A DNA stretch of 64,000 bases from Lama glama. Taxonomy: Eukaryota. The notes beneath the pieces were generated by a model. It did no database searches. It saw only the letters and a list, made by a program, of their open reading frames with translations, and was not told the origin of the DNA. The stretch's first letter is position 1. Every line of letters starts with the position of its first letter. Positions 11,710 through 24,779 of the stretch are shown here, piece by piece. A program made the position numbers and the translations under genes. The stretch is taken from the NCBI GenBank assembly GCA_028534125.1, contig CM052832.1, positions 17,858,001-17,922,000 of the forward strand. Direction: 5' to 3'.

Positions 11710-13400
11710 CTCCCCAGCAGTTCTGTTTGAGTGAGTTTTCTCTTTTCTTTTTCCAAGAAACAGGTTGAGACATGGAAACAGATATACTGGGCTAGGAAGG
11801 TGGAGCATGAGAAAACCAGTGGGAATGATTGTATGGACAAGTTGGATCCTGAGCAAAATGGATCCAGTTCCCACTGGAACTTGTCCTGGGGCCACTAGAT
11901 TTAGAGTCCTTAGAACTGCCACTTACCCTATAGGGATGAGATTTCTCACCTTCCCTTAATACCTCAGTCCCTGTCGCCTGGGACCTACATTTTCACTGGA
12001 CCTCTCACTGATGTGAAGTCTCCAGAGACTTAGAAGGCTGCCCACCAGCTCTCCGAACTCAGCCTCCTTCAGACAGAATCTGGACAGAGAAACATTTTTA
12101 TACCTGAAAGCCAGGATCCTCCCCCCCTTCTTCCCTCTATCGATGTTTTTCCTTTCAAGGGGTTTAGGGCTATAGCCCCTGGCCTCCAGTCATGGGAAAA
12201 TCAGTGAGTGGAATGAGGACATCTAGAGCTTGCCATGTGATCAGCGGTGGTTACCTCACGTCCTGCTCACCTCAGTTATGTGTGATGAAGGCATCTTTAT
12301 TTCTGTTTCACAGGTGAGATGTCTGAGGCTCATAACTGAGATCCTTCACCTGCACATGCTCAACTTCATGTCTATGGTATTTATTGGGATGTGATCTTAT
12401 TCCTAAAAGACAAAGGATTTGGCACTTTAGAAGAAAAGGAAAGGAACAAATTTAGACAATTTAATTCAGGAGAAGCTAGACTTACCAGAAACAGAAATAA
12501 GTGTTTGAACTGTAAGGCTGGGAATGAATTCTTGCGCCGTGGGACATTTATCATAAAAGGAGAGGAGATGGGTGGATTGGTGTGGAGGGTTGGGGTGAGG
12601 GTAGAGTTTTCCAGATCTGGAATTGAAGCTGGGCCCCAAGTTTCACATTCTACAATCAGCTAGAACCCCCAAATTTACTTATAGACGTTTCTCTGCACTA
12701 TCTCACCCATTCCTTTCCCCAGAGTTCGTATGGAGAACTGCAAATTATAAAAACACAAATCAGACTTTGCTCTTCATTAAGGCCTCATTTAACTTTTCCC
12801 GAGAGCAATTTTGAAGAGAGCTTGGGCAATTTCCTCACCCTGCAGTGGTGGGCAGAGATCTCCTCCAAGCAGGTAGATTCTACTGGACAAACACAGGCCA
12901 GTAGCTCCGGCACCTGACTGCGTTTTCCCAGTTCACAGAGCATTTGCATTCCCAGGCAGATACACCTTTTGGAGTTGACACAAAGTCCTGAGGATGAGGA
13001 CACCAGGTAACGAGCAAAGTCAGCTAGGGACTCGCCCAGCCAGTTCCAGTTTCCTGAAAAGATTCTTTTGAAACAGGGGCTTTGAACGATAGCTCTCACT
13101 GAAACAATGATGTCATCATGTCAAGTAAAAGTCCAATGTGGTCAGTGCCAAGGGGTTTGATATTTTTCTGATCGTGGTCATGGTTTTAGTCTAAGGCTCA
13201 TATAACTTAAATACTTAAAATTTTCTGAGTGTCGGATACCTTCTAACTTTGGTGTGGTGCTTGTTTTGGATCAATTAAAAAATGCAACTGTAGACAATGA
13301 CTCAGTAACAAGCCTGAATAGAGAAAGGATCTCAGACTTTTAGGAACACTGATGGATACAGGAGACCTAGTTAAGGTCTATCGAAGAGTTTTGCTGAATG

Positions 13401-13473
13401 GTTTCTATAGTGTAGTGGTTAGCATGTTTGCCTTGTGAGTGAAAGGTTCCTGCTTTGAGCTTTGTCAGGGAGC
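13401..13473 (+). pseudogene. decayed tRNA-Val pseudogene
   Basis: GTTTCTATAGTGTAGTGGTTAGCATGTTTGCCTTGTGAGTGAAAGGTTCCTGCTTTGAG aligns without gaps to intact Val at 44866; many changes are CpG to TpG/CpA; B box and 3' acceptor stem broken. Confidence 0.85.
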
Positions 13474-14029
13474 GTGCAGGGCTGCCAGTTACTTTTCTTC
13501 TTCTAGCAGTTACGTTGCGTGTTTTACATACATGTCTTTTACCTTTTCCAAGCCAGAGCATTCTAATAATTCATATCAATGGTATGTAGTATAGTGCACA
13601 GTTTTGCAGTATGGAATACAACCTTGTCTCTTCTTCATGAGAGGTTAGAGAAGAGTCACTTGGATACCCCAAGACAACAGTAGAAGAAGGACTATCTAGA
13701 AGGACATAGTAGAAGGAGGAACTATCTACATGCTCTGTCTCCAGATCTGATGACATTTAATGAAACCTAGAAGAAGGAGGAGTTGTTTGAGGAAAGAATA
13801 ATATCAACCAGAAAAAAATATTATTTCAGTTGGAGGGAAGACTCTAACAAAGTCATAACTTTAAGAATTGTTTTTCTAGTGTAACAACGTTTTCCTTTTC
13901 AGTAACTTTAAGTTCTCATGTCTTCTAGAAGTACTTGATATCACTGACCATCACTTTAGATTCCATTCCATTCCACTTTTAGGTGTCCTTGAAAACTCCA
14001 GTCCTTTGGCAAATAATTGCATTCCCAAA

Positions 14030-14160
14030 CAGGGTGGGCTTCATGGGCAGGCAAATTGATTTAATGCTGTGCTATTGCTGGTTTAAGTTTCTCAATTTTT
14101 AAACAAAAGGACTTGCATTTTCATTTTGCACTGGATCTACAAATTATATAACAGATTCTT
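14030..14160 (+). mobile_element. MER53-like hAT MITE (internally deleted)
   Basis: 'cagggtgggcttcatgggc...tttaatgctgtgct...tgcattttcattttgcactggatctacaaattat'; homologous to 21903-22075. Confidence 0.65.
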
Positions 14161-14938
14161 CTCCCAAATGCTCACAAAAGGAGCAATCATCCAATTTCAT
14201 CATTCCTTACAGGGAGAAGCAAGAAGCTAAGAGCAATGCCACCCTTTCCTTGTCTAGGAACGTTGTGCACTTTACTAAGGATGAGGGAATACGTTTGTAG
14301 AATAGAATACTTTGAATACACATTCTAGAAGAAAGATCAGAAGAAAAAGATCAGCTAAAACTTTATTCCAGGATTTGGTGAATTTTTTTTCCAGTCTTTT
14401 ATTTTAATCTAAGAAGTGATTCAGATTTAAAGTCTCATTTGTCTCCAGTCTCTTGTTAGGTTTTTTGTTGTTTTGTTTTGACATGTTTCTTCACTAATCA
14501 TTCTTCTTACTCTCTTTCAAGATGTCATCATGTTACTCTACTTTTCAAAATATTTAGTGATATTCTAGAGTCCAGAATCATACAAGGAGGAACAGTTACC
14601 ACAGCACTCAATTTTTACAATACGCATGCCTTACCTCTTTTTTCTTGTCTCCTCTTTGAACTGTATTAAAAGCTAAAATGTTAAGTGAGAATACAAGCTT
14701 CTTAGGAAATGTGAACAGTAGTTACAAAAGGGGAAAATTATAATTCAACCCGAGATTATAGCATAGACTCTTGCTAATTCATGGCAAATAATTTTCTAAC
14801 TGCTCTTTCTTTGCTCCTCTGCAAATGCATCAGAGAGCAGCCATCAAGATTCAACATCTGACGCTTCAGTTGGGTTTAAATCCTAGTCGTTTTTTATCAG
14901 GGACCAGAATTTACCTTTAAGGCAAAATAGAAAAGAAA

Positions 14939-15012
14939 AGGCCTCGCTGGGATTCGAACCCAGGATCTCCTGTTTACTAGACAGGCGCTTTAACCAGCTA
15001 AGCCACGAAGCC
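14939..15012 (-). tRNA. tRNA-Thr (anticodon AGT)
   Basis: Reverse complement GGCTTCGTGGCTTAGCTGGTTAAAGCGCCTGTCTAGTAAACAGGAGATCCTGGGTTCGAATCCCAGCGAGGCCT (74 nt); T runs immediately downstream. Confidence 0.98.
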
Positions 15013-15439
15013 CCCATATCTCATGCCTGCTATCATATTATTTTACAAAATATTACACCTTAATTTGTTAATTTTTTTTGACAGTTTCTTTGGTATTTAA
15101 CTAGAAGGTGAACCTGTACCTTAGTATGAACCAAAGAGAACATTCTTGCTGTCGAATGAGAACAGTGAGTTGCTTTTAGAAGACCGTCCTCTTCCTTTAG
15201 GAAACCGCTCCAGCGTCAAGGATGCCACTGGACTGTCCGCGCTGGCAGTCCAGTAGAGACCATGCTCTTTTTGAGAACCATGCATCCCTTAGGCCTAGAA
15301 GTGAGTCTGCCTTCTCTTATAAACTCTCATTTCTTTTGTTCATTCTGTGAGTGAGTGATATCAAGGAAAATGCCCTGAATTTTAACCACATTATTCTCTA
15401 ATCTTTGGCCCCCTCAATGATTCTGTCTCCCCTATATGC

Positions 15440-16030
15440 AAAATATATTCACTCCAAGTCTGATTCCTGTACATTGTCAACTCGAAGTCCAGAATGGCAT
15501 CACCTAAATCAGGTAAAGGTTCAGGCGCGATTCCCTGGGTAGGAGTCCTCAAGTAAGATTCTTAATTTGTACGTCTGTATTCTTAAGACACAAGTCATCT
15601 GTCTCCCAACAGACAGGCATAGGAGGCATAGGATAACCTCTATACACACTTCTACACAAAAAGAGCAAAATCAGGAGGTACACTGGTCCACAGGAATTCT
15701 AGAATCCAGTGGGTACATGATGCTACTTTATTAGAAATGAGCACTGCTGTCTGGGAATGGTTCTCCAAGGGCTCTTGGCTCCACTCTTTGGGCTCTTGGT
15801 TCCATACTCTGAATCATCCATCCTTTTAATAAGAAACTGCTCTTATTTGCAGCTGAGTAGTTTTCTTAGCTTACTTCCTTCCCATTGTAACTGGGGAGGT
15901 CCAAAGTCCTCTTTTCAGTTTGTACTGTCCTCTACCCCTTTTAGTCCAAATTGTCGGTGTTCAACTGCAATTCTCTTTAAAATGAAATAAAATAAAATGA
16001 AAAAAAATAAAATTCTCTTTTATGAAAGTT
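15440..16030. mobile_element. probable MaLR/ERVL-MaLR fragment
   Basis: 'cgaagtccagaatggcatcacctaaatcagg...caagtcatctgtctcccaac...acaggcatagga...actggtccacaggaattctagaatccag' resembles recalled old MLT1 LTR/internal sequence. Confidence 0.4.
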
Positions 16031-16054
16031 GTTGGAGTTAATTCCTTTGGATCT

Positions 16055-16235
16055 GAGTGGGCAGACTATGGCCCATCTGGCCAAATCTGGCCAATTACCT
16101 GTTTTTATAAAGTTATATTGGCACACAGCCACACTGATTCATTTAGTATTATCTACTGCTGCTTTCTCACTACAACAGATTTGAGGAGTTTTAACAGAGA
16201 CCATCTGGCCTGCAATGCCTAAAATATTTCTGTTT
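16055..16235 (+). mobile_element. MER58A-like hAT-Charlie MITE
   Basis: 'ggcagactatggcccatctggccaaatctggcc...gtttttataaagttatattggcacacagccacac...acagagaccatctggcctgcaatgcctaaaatattt'. Confidence 0.8.
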
Positions 16236-16859
16236 TACTTTCACATTTAAATATGAACCTCCACAGCTGATTCTACTGTGTAGCCCACGTTAAGAACAAC
16301 AGTAATAAGATATTTTGAAAACTTTTGTATCTATCTATACATGATAGATTCTATCTCTGATATGCTTTGTGTGGAACCCTGCAGTCATTTCCATCACCAT
16401 CCCCAACCCAGTTCTTGCCCCAGCACTGAGAGATCTGAATTTCCTTCAGCGTTTGGTAGAAGCAGGAATCTCCTCTTCTAGGAATGGAACTTTGATCTGG
16501 CCGGAGACAAAACTCAGAACTGGACAGCCAAAGCATTTGAGGGCGTCATTTCTTGTACATGAATGTATCAGGCAAAGAGAAAGATCTGGATGTGGACATT
16601 CCAAATAAGGACTGGGCTTCATCAACTTAAGAAGTTGTCCTTGGACCCTCTGTCTGGTACAGCCAACACAACCCTTTCATTGTGGTGCTTGCCCTTGTTT
16701 ACCTGAAGGATATTCACACATTCGATGTTCAGTATTAACTGTATCCCAACCTATGCTTCAGGAATTCATTTCAGCTCTATCTCCTCCAGAGACCCCAAAT
16801 TTCCTATTTGGGAGATTTTTTTTCATGAATTCTTAAATTCTGCATGACAACTTTTAGCA

Positions 16860-17050
16860 CTCCTAACTGAGTATCACCAGCAGACAATTGATGTTAGAAT
16901 TACCTGGGAGTGTTTGGGAAAACTAAGATTCTTGAGATCTACACTACATCTCTTTAGTAAAGGATCACTGCAAGAGGGGTTCTGGAATCTGCATTTGTAA
17001 TAAGTCTTCCAGGGGATACTATTGGCTATAAAGATTGGATTCTCCACTGA
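16860..17050. mobile_element. MER5-like hAT-Charlie MITE
   Basis: 'ttagaattacctgggagtgttt...aagattct...ggaatctgcatttgtaataagtcttccagggga'. Confidence 0.55.
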
Positions 17051-17685
17051 AACAATTGTGGGCTTTTCTGGAAGCACTTGGAGTTCTGGTGCTGTGTCTT
17101 ACTGTCTGTGGCCCAGGCCTAGCTCAATGTGTTTCTTTTGTGGATATATTGGGCTGTCAGCTAAAGCATTTTGTCATTAAAATCAAAGTCACATATTTGA
17201 ACTGACTCTTCCCTAGGGAAATCTCTAGGGATTTCCAAATGTAACCCCAAGGTGAGCTCATTTTAATGTAATGTCTTTTCGGCCCCAACCTTTTGCCTCC
17301 AATGCTTCAGTGGGTGTAAAGTGGAGGCTTGAATTCAGCAGGCAAACGATGATCTCTTAAGGAAAAACTGGGAGAGCGCTTTTGGTGAAGTAGTAGGTGG
17401 CGTTAATGCGGTGGTTTCTATTACTCTCTGCCTCCCTCCTCCTACTCGTTTTTCTTTTCGAGTAAAGGCAAACATTTCTCTGGAACATGAGGATCTAGGG
17501 AGGGGGCGATAGGAAAAAGTGGGCGGTTTCTGAAAGATCAGAGAGCTTGCTTTGTTTTCTCTATCATAATCCTCATATTTTGATGCAATTCCATGAAAAC
17601 AGAAATAATTCAGTATTTCCTTAATGCGCAGCACAAATACATTGGTTTTAATAAAAAAATAATTGCAAAAGAAAGACTCCCAATC

Positions 17686-17768
17686 ACCGGGATGGCCGAG
17701 TGGTTAAGGCGTTGGACTTAAGATCCAATGGGCTAGTGCCCGCGTGGGTTCGAACCCCACTCTCGGTA
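17686..17768 (+). tRNA. tRNA-Leu (anticodon TAA)
   Basis: 83-nt type II tRNA ACCGGGATGGCCGAGTGGTTAAGGCGTTGGACTTAAGATCCAATGGGCTAGTGCCCGCGTGGGTTCGAACCCCACTCTCGGTA with variable arm GGGC-TAGT-GCCC; TTTT 5 nt downstream. Confidence 0.98.
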
Positions 17769-18258
17769 GACTGTTTTCATCTCCAAGTTATTCCTGGGAG
17801 AATATAGATCTTTGGAAATCTACATGATTACATGTCTATTTTTTCTATTTTTTTTTGTGAGAACACTACCCTGCTTTTTATCTTCAAGCCTAAAGAAATT
17901 GCCTCAGTAGGTATTAAGTGCGTGAATGATTTTCCCCCACAGTCCTATCAGATCGCCAACATAAGGAAAAACCACCCAAATCAAGTCTGCCTAATGAGAT
18001 TTTAATACTCCAGGCCCTTGAGTTCTAAGAGGAATGGAAACTTGGACCCTGTTTGCTCTTCAGGTAACAGTAAAGAATCTCTCTGTAGTCCCCTGGAAGT
18101 GCGTAGCGGGATTCTCACTGTTTCAATAATGGTTGTACTCAGAAAGCCAAACTCTACCTGGGCGGTCCCTCCAACTGACCCTGGAAAGCAGGGTTGAATC
18201 CTAACCAGCATAATGTGAGTTTTTTGTTTCGTTTTTCCAGTCTGAAATGTAGAAATGA

Positions 18259-18758
18259 NNNNNNNNNNNNNNNNNNNNNNNNNNNNNNNNNNNNNNNNNN
18301 NNNNNNNNNNNNNNNNNNNNNNNNNNNNNNNNNNNNNNNNNNNNNNNNNNNNNNNNNNNNNNNNNNNNNNNNNNNNNNNNNNNNNNNNNNNNNNNNNNNN
18401 NNNNNNNNNNNNNNNNNNNNNNNNNNNNNNNNNNNNNNNNNNNNNNNNNNNNNNNNNNNNNNNNNNNNNNNNNNNNNNNNNNNNNNNNNNNNNNNNNNNN
18501 NNNNNNNNNNNNNNNNNNNNNNNNNNNNNNNNNNNNNNNNNNNNNNNNNNNNNNNNNNNNNNNNNNNNNNNNNNNNNNNNNNNNNNNNNNNNNNNNNNNN
18601 NNNNNNNNNNNNNNNNNNNNNNNNNNNNNNNNNNNNNNNNNNNNNNNNNNNNNNNNNNNNNNNNNNNNNNNNNNNNNNNNNNNNNNNNNNNNNNNNNNNN
18701 NNNNNNNNNNNNNNNNNNNNNNNNNNNNNNNNNNNNNNNNNNNNNNNNNNNNNNNNNN
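18259..18758. other. assembly gap (500 N)
   Basis: Run of exactly 500 N, probably a placeholder length. Confidence 1.
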
Positions 18759-19199
18759 AGAACCAATGGATAGCTATATATCTATATGAATTGGCTTATA
18801 CAATTACAGAAGCTGACAAATCTTAAGATCTGCAGTCAGCAAGCTGGAGACCCAGGGAAGCCAATGGTGTAGTTTCAGTCCAAAGACCAGCAGGCTTGAA
18901 ACTCAGGAAGAGCCAATGTTTCAGTTCAAGTCCAAAGGCAGGAATAACTGTTCCAGCTCATGCAGTCAGGTGGGAGTTCTCTCTTCTTTAGGGAAAGGCC
19001 AGCCTTTTTTCCTATTCAGATGTTCAACTGATTGGATGAGGCCCAGCCAATTTGGGAGAGTAATCTGCTTTACTTAGTCCATTAATTTAAATGTTAAATG
19101 CATCCAAAAACACCTCCACAGAAACACCTAGAATGATGTTTTACTAAGTATCAGGAAATCCCATGGCCCATCAAGCTGACACATAAATCAACCATCACA
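18759..19199 (-). mobile_element. ERVL LTR, MLT2-like (cut by the gap)
   Basis: Ends '...catggcccatcaagctgacacataaatcaaccatcaca', the reverse complement of the MLT2 start TGTGATGGTTAATTTTATGTGTCAA; internal 'ttcaactgattggatgaggccca'. Confidence 0.85.
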
Positions 19200-19763
19200 C
19201 CAGTTCAGTGTAAGAGAAAACAAGATTTAAAAATAAGAAGGAACAACTTTCATCAACCTTAGTACAGTAAAAATGCAGTATTTTTCCTTAGAGTCATTTT
19301 ATATGAGTAGTATGTTCACATGGTTCAAAAATGCGAAAGTATTAAAAGGCATAATGAAAAGTCTTTGGTCCCTTCTTCCCCCCGCCTCCCCTACCATCCC
19401 CATTCTCACCAACACCTTTACCTTAAGTTTCTTATGCACCTTTCCTGACTTTTTTAAAATGATGCTTGCAAATATGAACATAGTCTTATTTTACCTAACA
19501 TAAAAGGTAAAATATTTACTCATTATTCTGCAGTTCTTTTTTAACTTAATGTACTTTGGAGAGCTCTATTTTATCAGTCCTTAGTTTACAAATAGCACTT
19601 TCAAGTTTGCATACTGCTTACAAGTGCGGTTTATTTTCTAATGAGTTTATCCAACCAGGAAGGAGTTGAACCTGGCAACTTCTTTTCCATTGTACCTCCG
19701 ATGGAGGGAATGAGAACAACGTGTAGGTTTATTGGAGTAGATGGAGGAGAAGAAAACTAAACC

Positions 19764-19788
19764 GTATATGTATATGTATATGTATATG

Positions 19789-19821
<33 letters not shown>

Positions 19822-19823
19822 AT
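19764..19823. repeat. compound microsatellite (TATATG)n-(TA)n-(TG)n
   Basis: Directly visible. Confidence 0.95.
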
Positions 19824-20589
19824 ACCTTTTTTGCTCTAATGAGGGACAAAACACTTTTTGCCTGAAGCAACACGGTATTCAAAGATATTTGCAGTAGGGG
19901 CTTGGAAGCAGCTAGTGATCAAAAGATACTATATATTCATTCAACAAATATTTATTGACCCTTGCTCTTCCTAATGTAATAAACAGCTTCAGCAAAGATG
20001 TTTAAGAAATAACGTTAAGTGAAAAAAAAAAAGGATCAAAAAGTTTTTATAGGATGGTAATTCCTTTCAAAAATGTACACACACAGCATATGCATATAGA
20101 TGTCCAGTAGTATATATACAATAAAATTTACTTAAAAGTGTTTATATCTTTGTAATGTGGAAATATATATATATGTTTCTTAGCCATATTTTATATATTT
20201 TGACAGTTATCCTCTATAATACTTATATATTTTAAAAAGGGGGAAAAGTAAATTCAGAAATAAAGAGTGAAAAAAAACTAGTAATCAATCCTAGGGATCT
20301 TTATACCAAAGATATATCCAGCACAATTGGGGAGGATGAAGTAAATTATGAAATACTTACTGTAAAACTTAAGATTCTTTTACCCTGACAGCTTAAGGTT
20401 GATGCTCATAGTTCCTTACCTGGCATAGAAGTCATCTGACCTACAGTCCATATTCAGTATTAGTGATGAGGAAAATCAAAACAATTAACATTCTGGTTTA
20501 TTACTAAGATTTCTATGAATTTAATTATATTGATAAAATTCCTCTGAAAGTAGCCACTCTCTGGTAAAAAGATAAATTTGCTCTCCAAA

Positions 20590-20839
20590 GGCAGTGGAGT
20601 ATGGTAGTTCAGAATAAGGACTCTGGAGCAGGCTACCTAGATCCAAATGAGTCCACCCCTGACCTGAGAACTTTGAAAGGGAAAAGGGCATGGACATGTG
20701 GACACTGGAGCCCAATAATCTTCTCTCCAAATTTTGACTTTCTTACTCTCTCTGAGCCACAATGTCTTCATTATTAAAATGGAGGTAATAATCCCTACCC
20801 CACAGAGGAGCTGGGAACAGACACACAGACAGACAGACA

Positions 20840-20883
<44 letters not shown>

Positions 20884-20930
20884 GTAGCCTGTATAATGCC
20901 TGGTAACAGTAAGTGCTCAATAAATATTAT
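20590..20930 (+). mobile_element. MIR SINE with internal (CAGA)n/(CA)n microsatellite at about 20818-20880
   Basis: 'tctctctgagccacaatgtcttcattattaaaatggaggtaataatccctacc' and 3' end 'aatgcctggtaacagtaagtgctcaataaatatta'. Confidence 0.75.
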
Positions 20931-21902
20931 TTTCTTTGCCCCTTAAAAGAAAACCATTCTCTTCCTTTATAAGCTGTCCTTAATGAAAATGTTCCTAATT
21001 TATTTAGCTTTTCAAATATTCTAGACATTCATTTCTCACTTATCTAAAAACTGTATCATCTCATCAACACTTTCATCAATCAAACATCTGTGTTAGACAT
21101 TCTCAGTAAAATAGGCAATATTTCAGCCTATCGTCTTGGAAATTCTGGCAACATCAGATGACCAGACACCAGAGTGAGGAAGACCTCCCCACCAAACATA
21201 CAGACTGCACCCACCAGCAACATTTGCTGCAATACCGCTGCAGGAAAAAATTACCAGTCACAACACTCCCAGAGGGAAGAGGATTTTTATCAAAACAAAC
21301 CTCACAGATGGGGAAGGAGCTTTGTTATAGACAACAAAATATCCCTGCAGAATAGGAAGCCCCCGAAGGGTAGATTTGTAGAGATAATGGAGAACAGGCA
21401 CCTATGTAATAATTTAGGAGCCAAAACAAAAGACTGCCTACGTGCTTCTCCTTCACACACACAAATCTAGCCCTCTGCACTTTTCTCTGCCATGAAACAC
21501 ACCTATGGTCCTGGGCTCTAGAAAGACAAATGATCAGAACAAAAGGAAGAAGTCAGTTCTTTCCAGAATCAACGCCATTGCTTTTGGAATAAGTGCGAGT
21601 GGCTGAGGAATCCCCAGTTACGGGTGGCGAGTCCACTTCATTGTGTCCATTCTTTCTACTTGGTTTGGGGCTCAGTTTGATCTTTTCTAATGAGATGGTA
21701 TCCATGTGGCTCGGCTGAGATTTTAAAACTCCAACAGCTCCAAAACACCGGGAATTGTGAAGGCAGAGGGCTCCTAGGAAAAAAACTATACTGATGATTC
21801 TCGTGAGGACAATCTCTAATTTTCAAAAAGTTTAACAGGGCCCAGGGACTGACATGTGCATCACGCATATGCATTCTTATTATCACCCTGTAACACATGG
21901 TC

Positions 21903-22075
21903 CAAGCCGGCTTCCCGGGTGTGCAACTAGGGTAGTTGATGATCCTGCACTCAGAAGAGCCTCATACTTGGATTTGTGTTCTGCTATCATCATCTTGAAA
22001 TTGTTAGCAATTTTTGAACAAGAGACACCACATTTTTATTTTGCACTGGGCCTCAGAGATTATGTAAGTGGTCTT
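21903..22075 (+). mobile_element. MER53-like hAT MITE
   Basis: 'agccggcttcccgggtgtgcaact...cctgcactcagaagagcc...tcttgaaattgttagcaatttttgaacaag...ttttgcactgggcctcagagattatgta'. Confidence 0.75.
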
Positions 22076-24779
22076 ACACAGTGTCTTCTATTTTCCGTTG
22101 TCAAGAAAAGCAAATAATTCTTTCCCATACTCTGACTTCTACCCCTAGTTGAAGATATATTTGAAGCCAAGAGATGGCTTCTGAATCCTGTTTTAGAGTT
22201 TGTATTGCAAAACTGAAGTCCAGGAGGAAATTAATTTTAAAAATATTTTTTAAAATAAGTCACTGGACAATAGAAAAAAGTCATGGGTGAGCATAAGGGA
22301 CACTTATGCCCAAAAGCCAAAGAAGAAAAAAAGTTTAGATGATTGACTTCCACATATTTGAGAATGTTAGAGTAAAAGAAAAGGAAGATCAAAGAAATAA
22401 ATTTAATCTGGTTCCTAGGAGGTTAGCTCACCTTCTACAACCTCACAGAACCCCATGATCACTCACCAGATAGCAGAAATAAGGAAGAGCTGGATAAATT
22501 TATGACATAAGGAAGCTTATAGGTGACTTTTGGTGGATCAGGTTCCCGACTCACTTCCAAAATTTGCATATAGTGCATAAGTAAGGAGAGGGACACCTGT
22601 CAACTCAAAAAAGGGAAAAGTGATGGATCTTTTGATTAGCCTATCCCAATACTTAAGGGTTTTAGTCCAGTATCATGATCAATGAACCAAAATTATTTCA
22701 TTATCACTGCTCCTCATTCTCCTTTTCCCTTTGAGACCATTTTCTCCTTGATTGTTCTTTTCCTATGCATCCTCCTGAAAATTTTCTAGGAACTAATTTC
22801 ACTAAAATTCCACCCTAACCCCAATGCCAAGACATTCAAAATTCATTTCTGCCTTTCCTTATCTGTGACAATGAAGACAAAAGCACAGGAAAGATACTGT
22901 TTCTGGCTCTTAGGGAACAACTGAGGGAATGCCACCAACAAAAGGCTCAAGCAGAGCGAGAGGAGAAGGGTGCTGATTATGAAAATTCCACCCAGTATGA
23001 AGTAGGCTAAATCAGGGAAGAATGACAGAGAGAGAATGACAACGTCCTTCTTTTTTAGGGCCCACCCTCTCGTTTTCAGAGGCTCCAGTTCTAAAGATAG
23101 CATAGTAAATGTTGGTAGGTGTCAGCGAGAAGGAGTGGTCCTGAGGGAGAGGGGGCAGTGAGCACTGAGGCTGCAGGTTGGTAATGACATGTAGCCCTCC
23201 CTTTTTAAACAAGGTCTTACTTGGTTTGTGTTTGAGCATCCAACACATTTTCTTACTGGTACAGTTGGTGAAAAGTGCACTGACAAGAACATTCGGCTCA
23301 CCAGACAGTTCTATTTCTACCCAAGAAGAGAGGAGGAAAGACCCCAAAACCAGGGTGGCAGCCAGGAAATCACAGGTGAGGATCATGGCCCTGTTCAGTT
23401 TCTTCATCCTAAACCATCTATGGAGAGGCATCACCTAAGAAAGGGAAGAAGGGAGGAATTACCTCAAACCCTCTATATTTACTTCTCATCCTTCAAAAAC
23501 AATTCCTAATGATCCCTCATTCTTAAAACTCCCTTAAATCTTCCATTCTATCTCCAACATCCCCTCTGTAGTTCAACTCCTTATTCATTTAACAAATAGT
23601 GGATGCCCATACTATGTCATGCCTGAAGTTCTAACCTATCTCCCAGACTCCAGTTATGACCCTCACCACTCCAGATTTCAGATTAACAGCCCCTCCCCCA
23701 AATGCTTTATCAGGCCCTTCCTGATCGGAAGCCCCCTAATATGTCCATGATTACATCTAATGTAATCCTTTGGGTGACAGCCAAGCCCTTTCTTAATCTT
23801 ACCTCAACCTATCTTCTCAACATTCTCTCTACCTACTCTTCTTCAAAAATTCAGTGCTCTTCCCCGCCCCCCAAAATTTGTCATACTGTTTCCCAAATTC
23901 CATATAGGCAAGATCTCCTGGAATGGGCTCCATTTAAACCTTTTATCCCATTGTCCACTAAGTACCATTCATACATCCCTCACTCATTCAGCAAATGAAC
24001 ATGTCTTGAGCACCTCCTGTGTGCACAGTGCCTACACTGTTCTAGGTGCCTAATACTGGTTTGCAGAAAAATATGATTATATGTGGAGATATCCCTAAAG
24101 TGGTACAACCCCTTGTCAGTGCTCATCCTATCTACTAGGTCCTCCCTCCTCCCTCTTCCCATCAGCTGGTGTAAATCCATCCTTCAAGGCCCAAGCTTGG
24201 GTTGGAAACATACCCACTCAGTCTGTCCAAACTGTGTTCACCTTGTGTGAACATACACGACAATGACTGACTGCCTGACTTCATATTCAATCACGTATCA
24301 CTTTCATATATTTATTTATCTTTTCCTCTCTGAATGTTTTGACTTCCAAGATGAAATGTTCTGAGGACTTCTTTTTAACATCCATAGCACATAGGACATT
24401 GCTTTTTACTAAAAAAAAAAGCAACTTTTAACCAAAAAAATAGAAAAATAAGGATAACAATAACATCTTTATTGGTCTTCCTCCCTTTCCATATAACTTC
24501 ATTGATGAGAGAGGCAGTTCTGAGGTCCCGGGCCAGTGTACCGTTCTTATATCACACACTTTCCATTACAGTTTATTTCTGTTCACATCTCATTACTTTT
24601 TTCTTATCTTCCTGGTCTGTCTTCTTTTGAGCCTATTGTCTTTGCATTTTTATCCTTTCTCCCTCTTTGTTTTTCCATTAAGTTAACCCCGCCACATACA
24701 GTTACACACACACATTCTTTTTTTCTCTCAATTCTCTGTGCTCTTACGCAGCGAGGCTCAATCCTGGTCTCCTCCCTAG

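Noticed and set aside
13431..13437. Val body with TGT anticodon as a functional mistranslating tRNA
   Set aside because: B box, T stem and acceptor stem are destroyed, so it is unlikely to be transcribed or fold.
18002..18826. Three ORFs of 172-254 aa
   Set aside because: Artefacts of reading through the 500-N gap.
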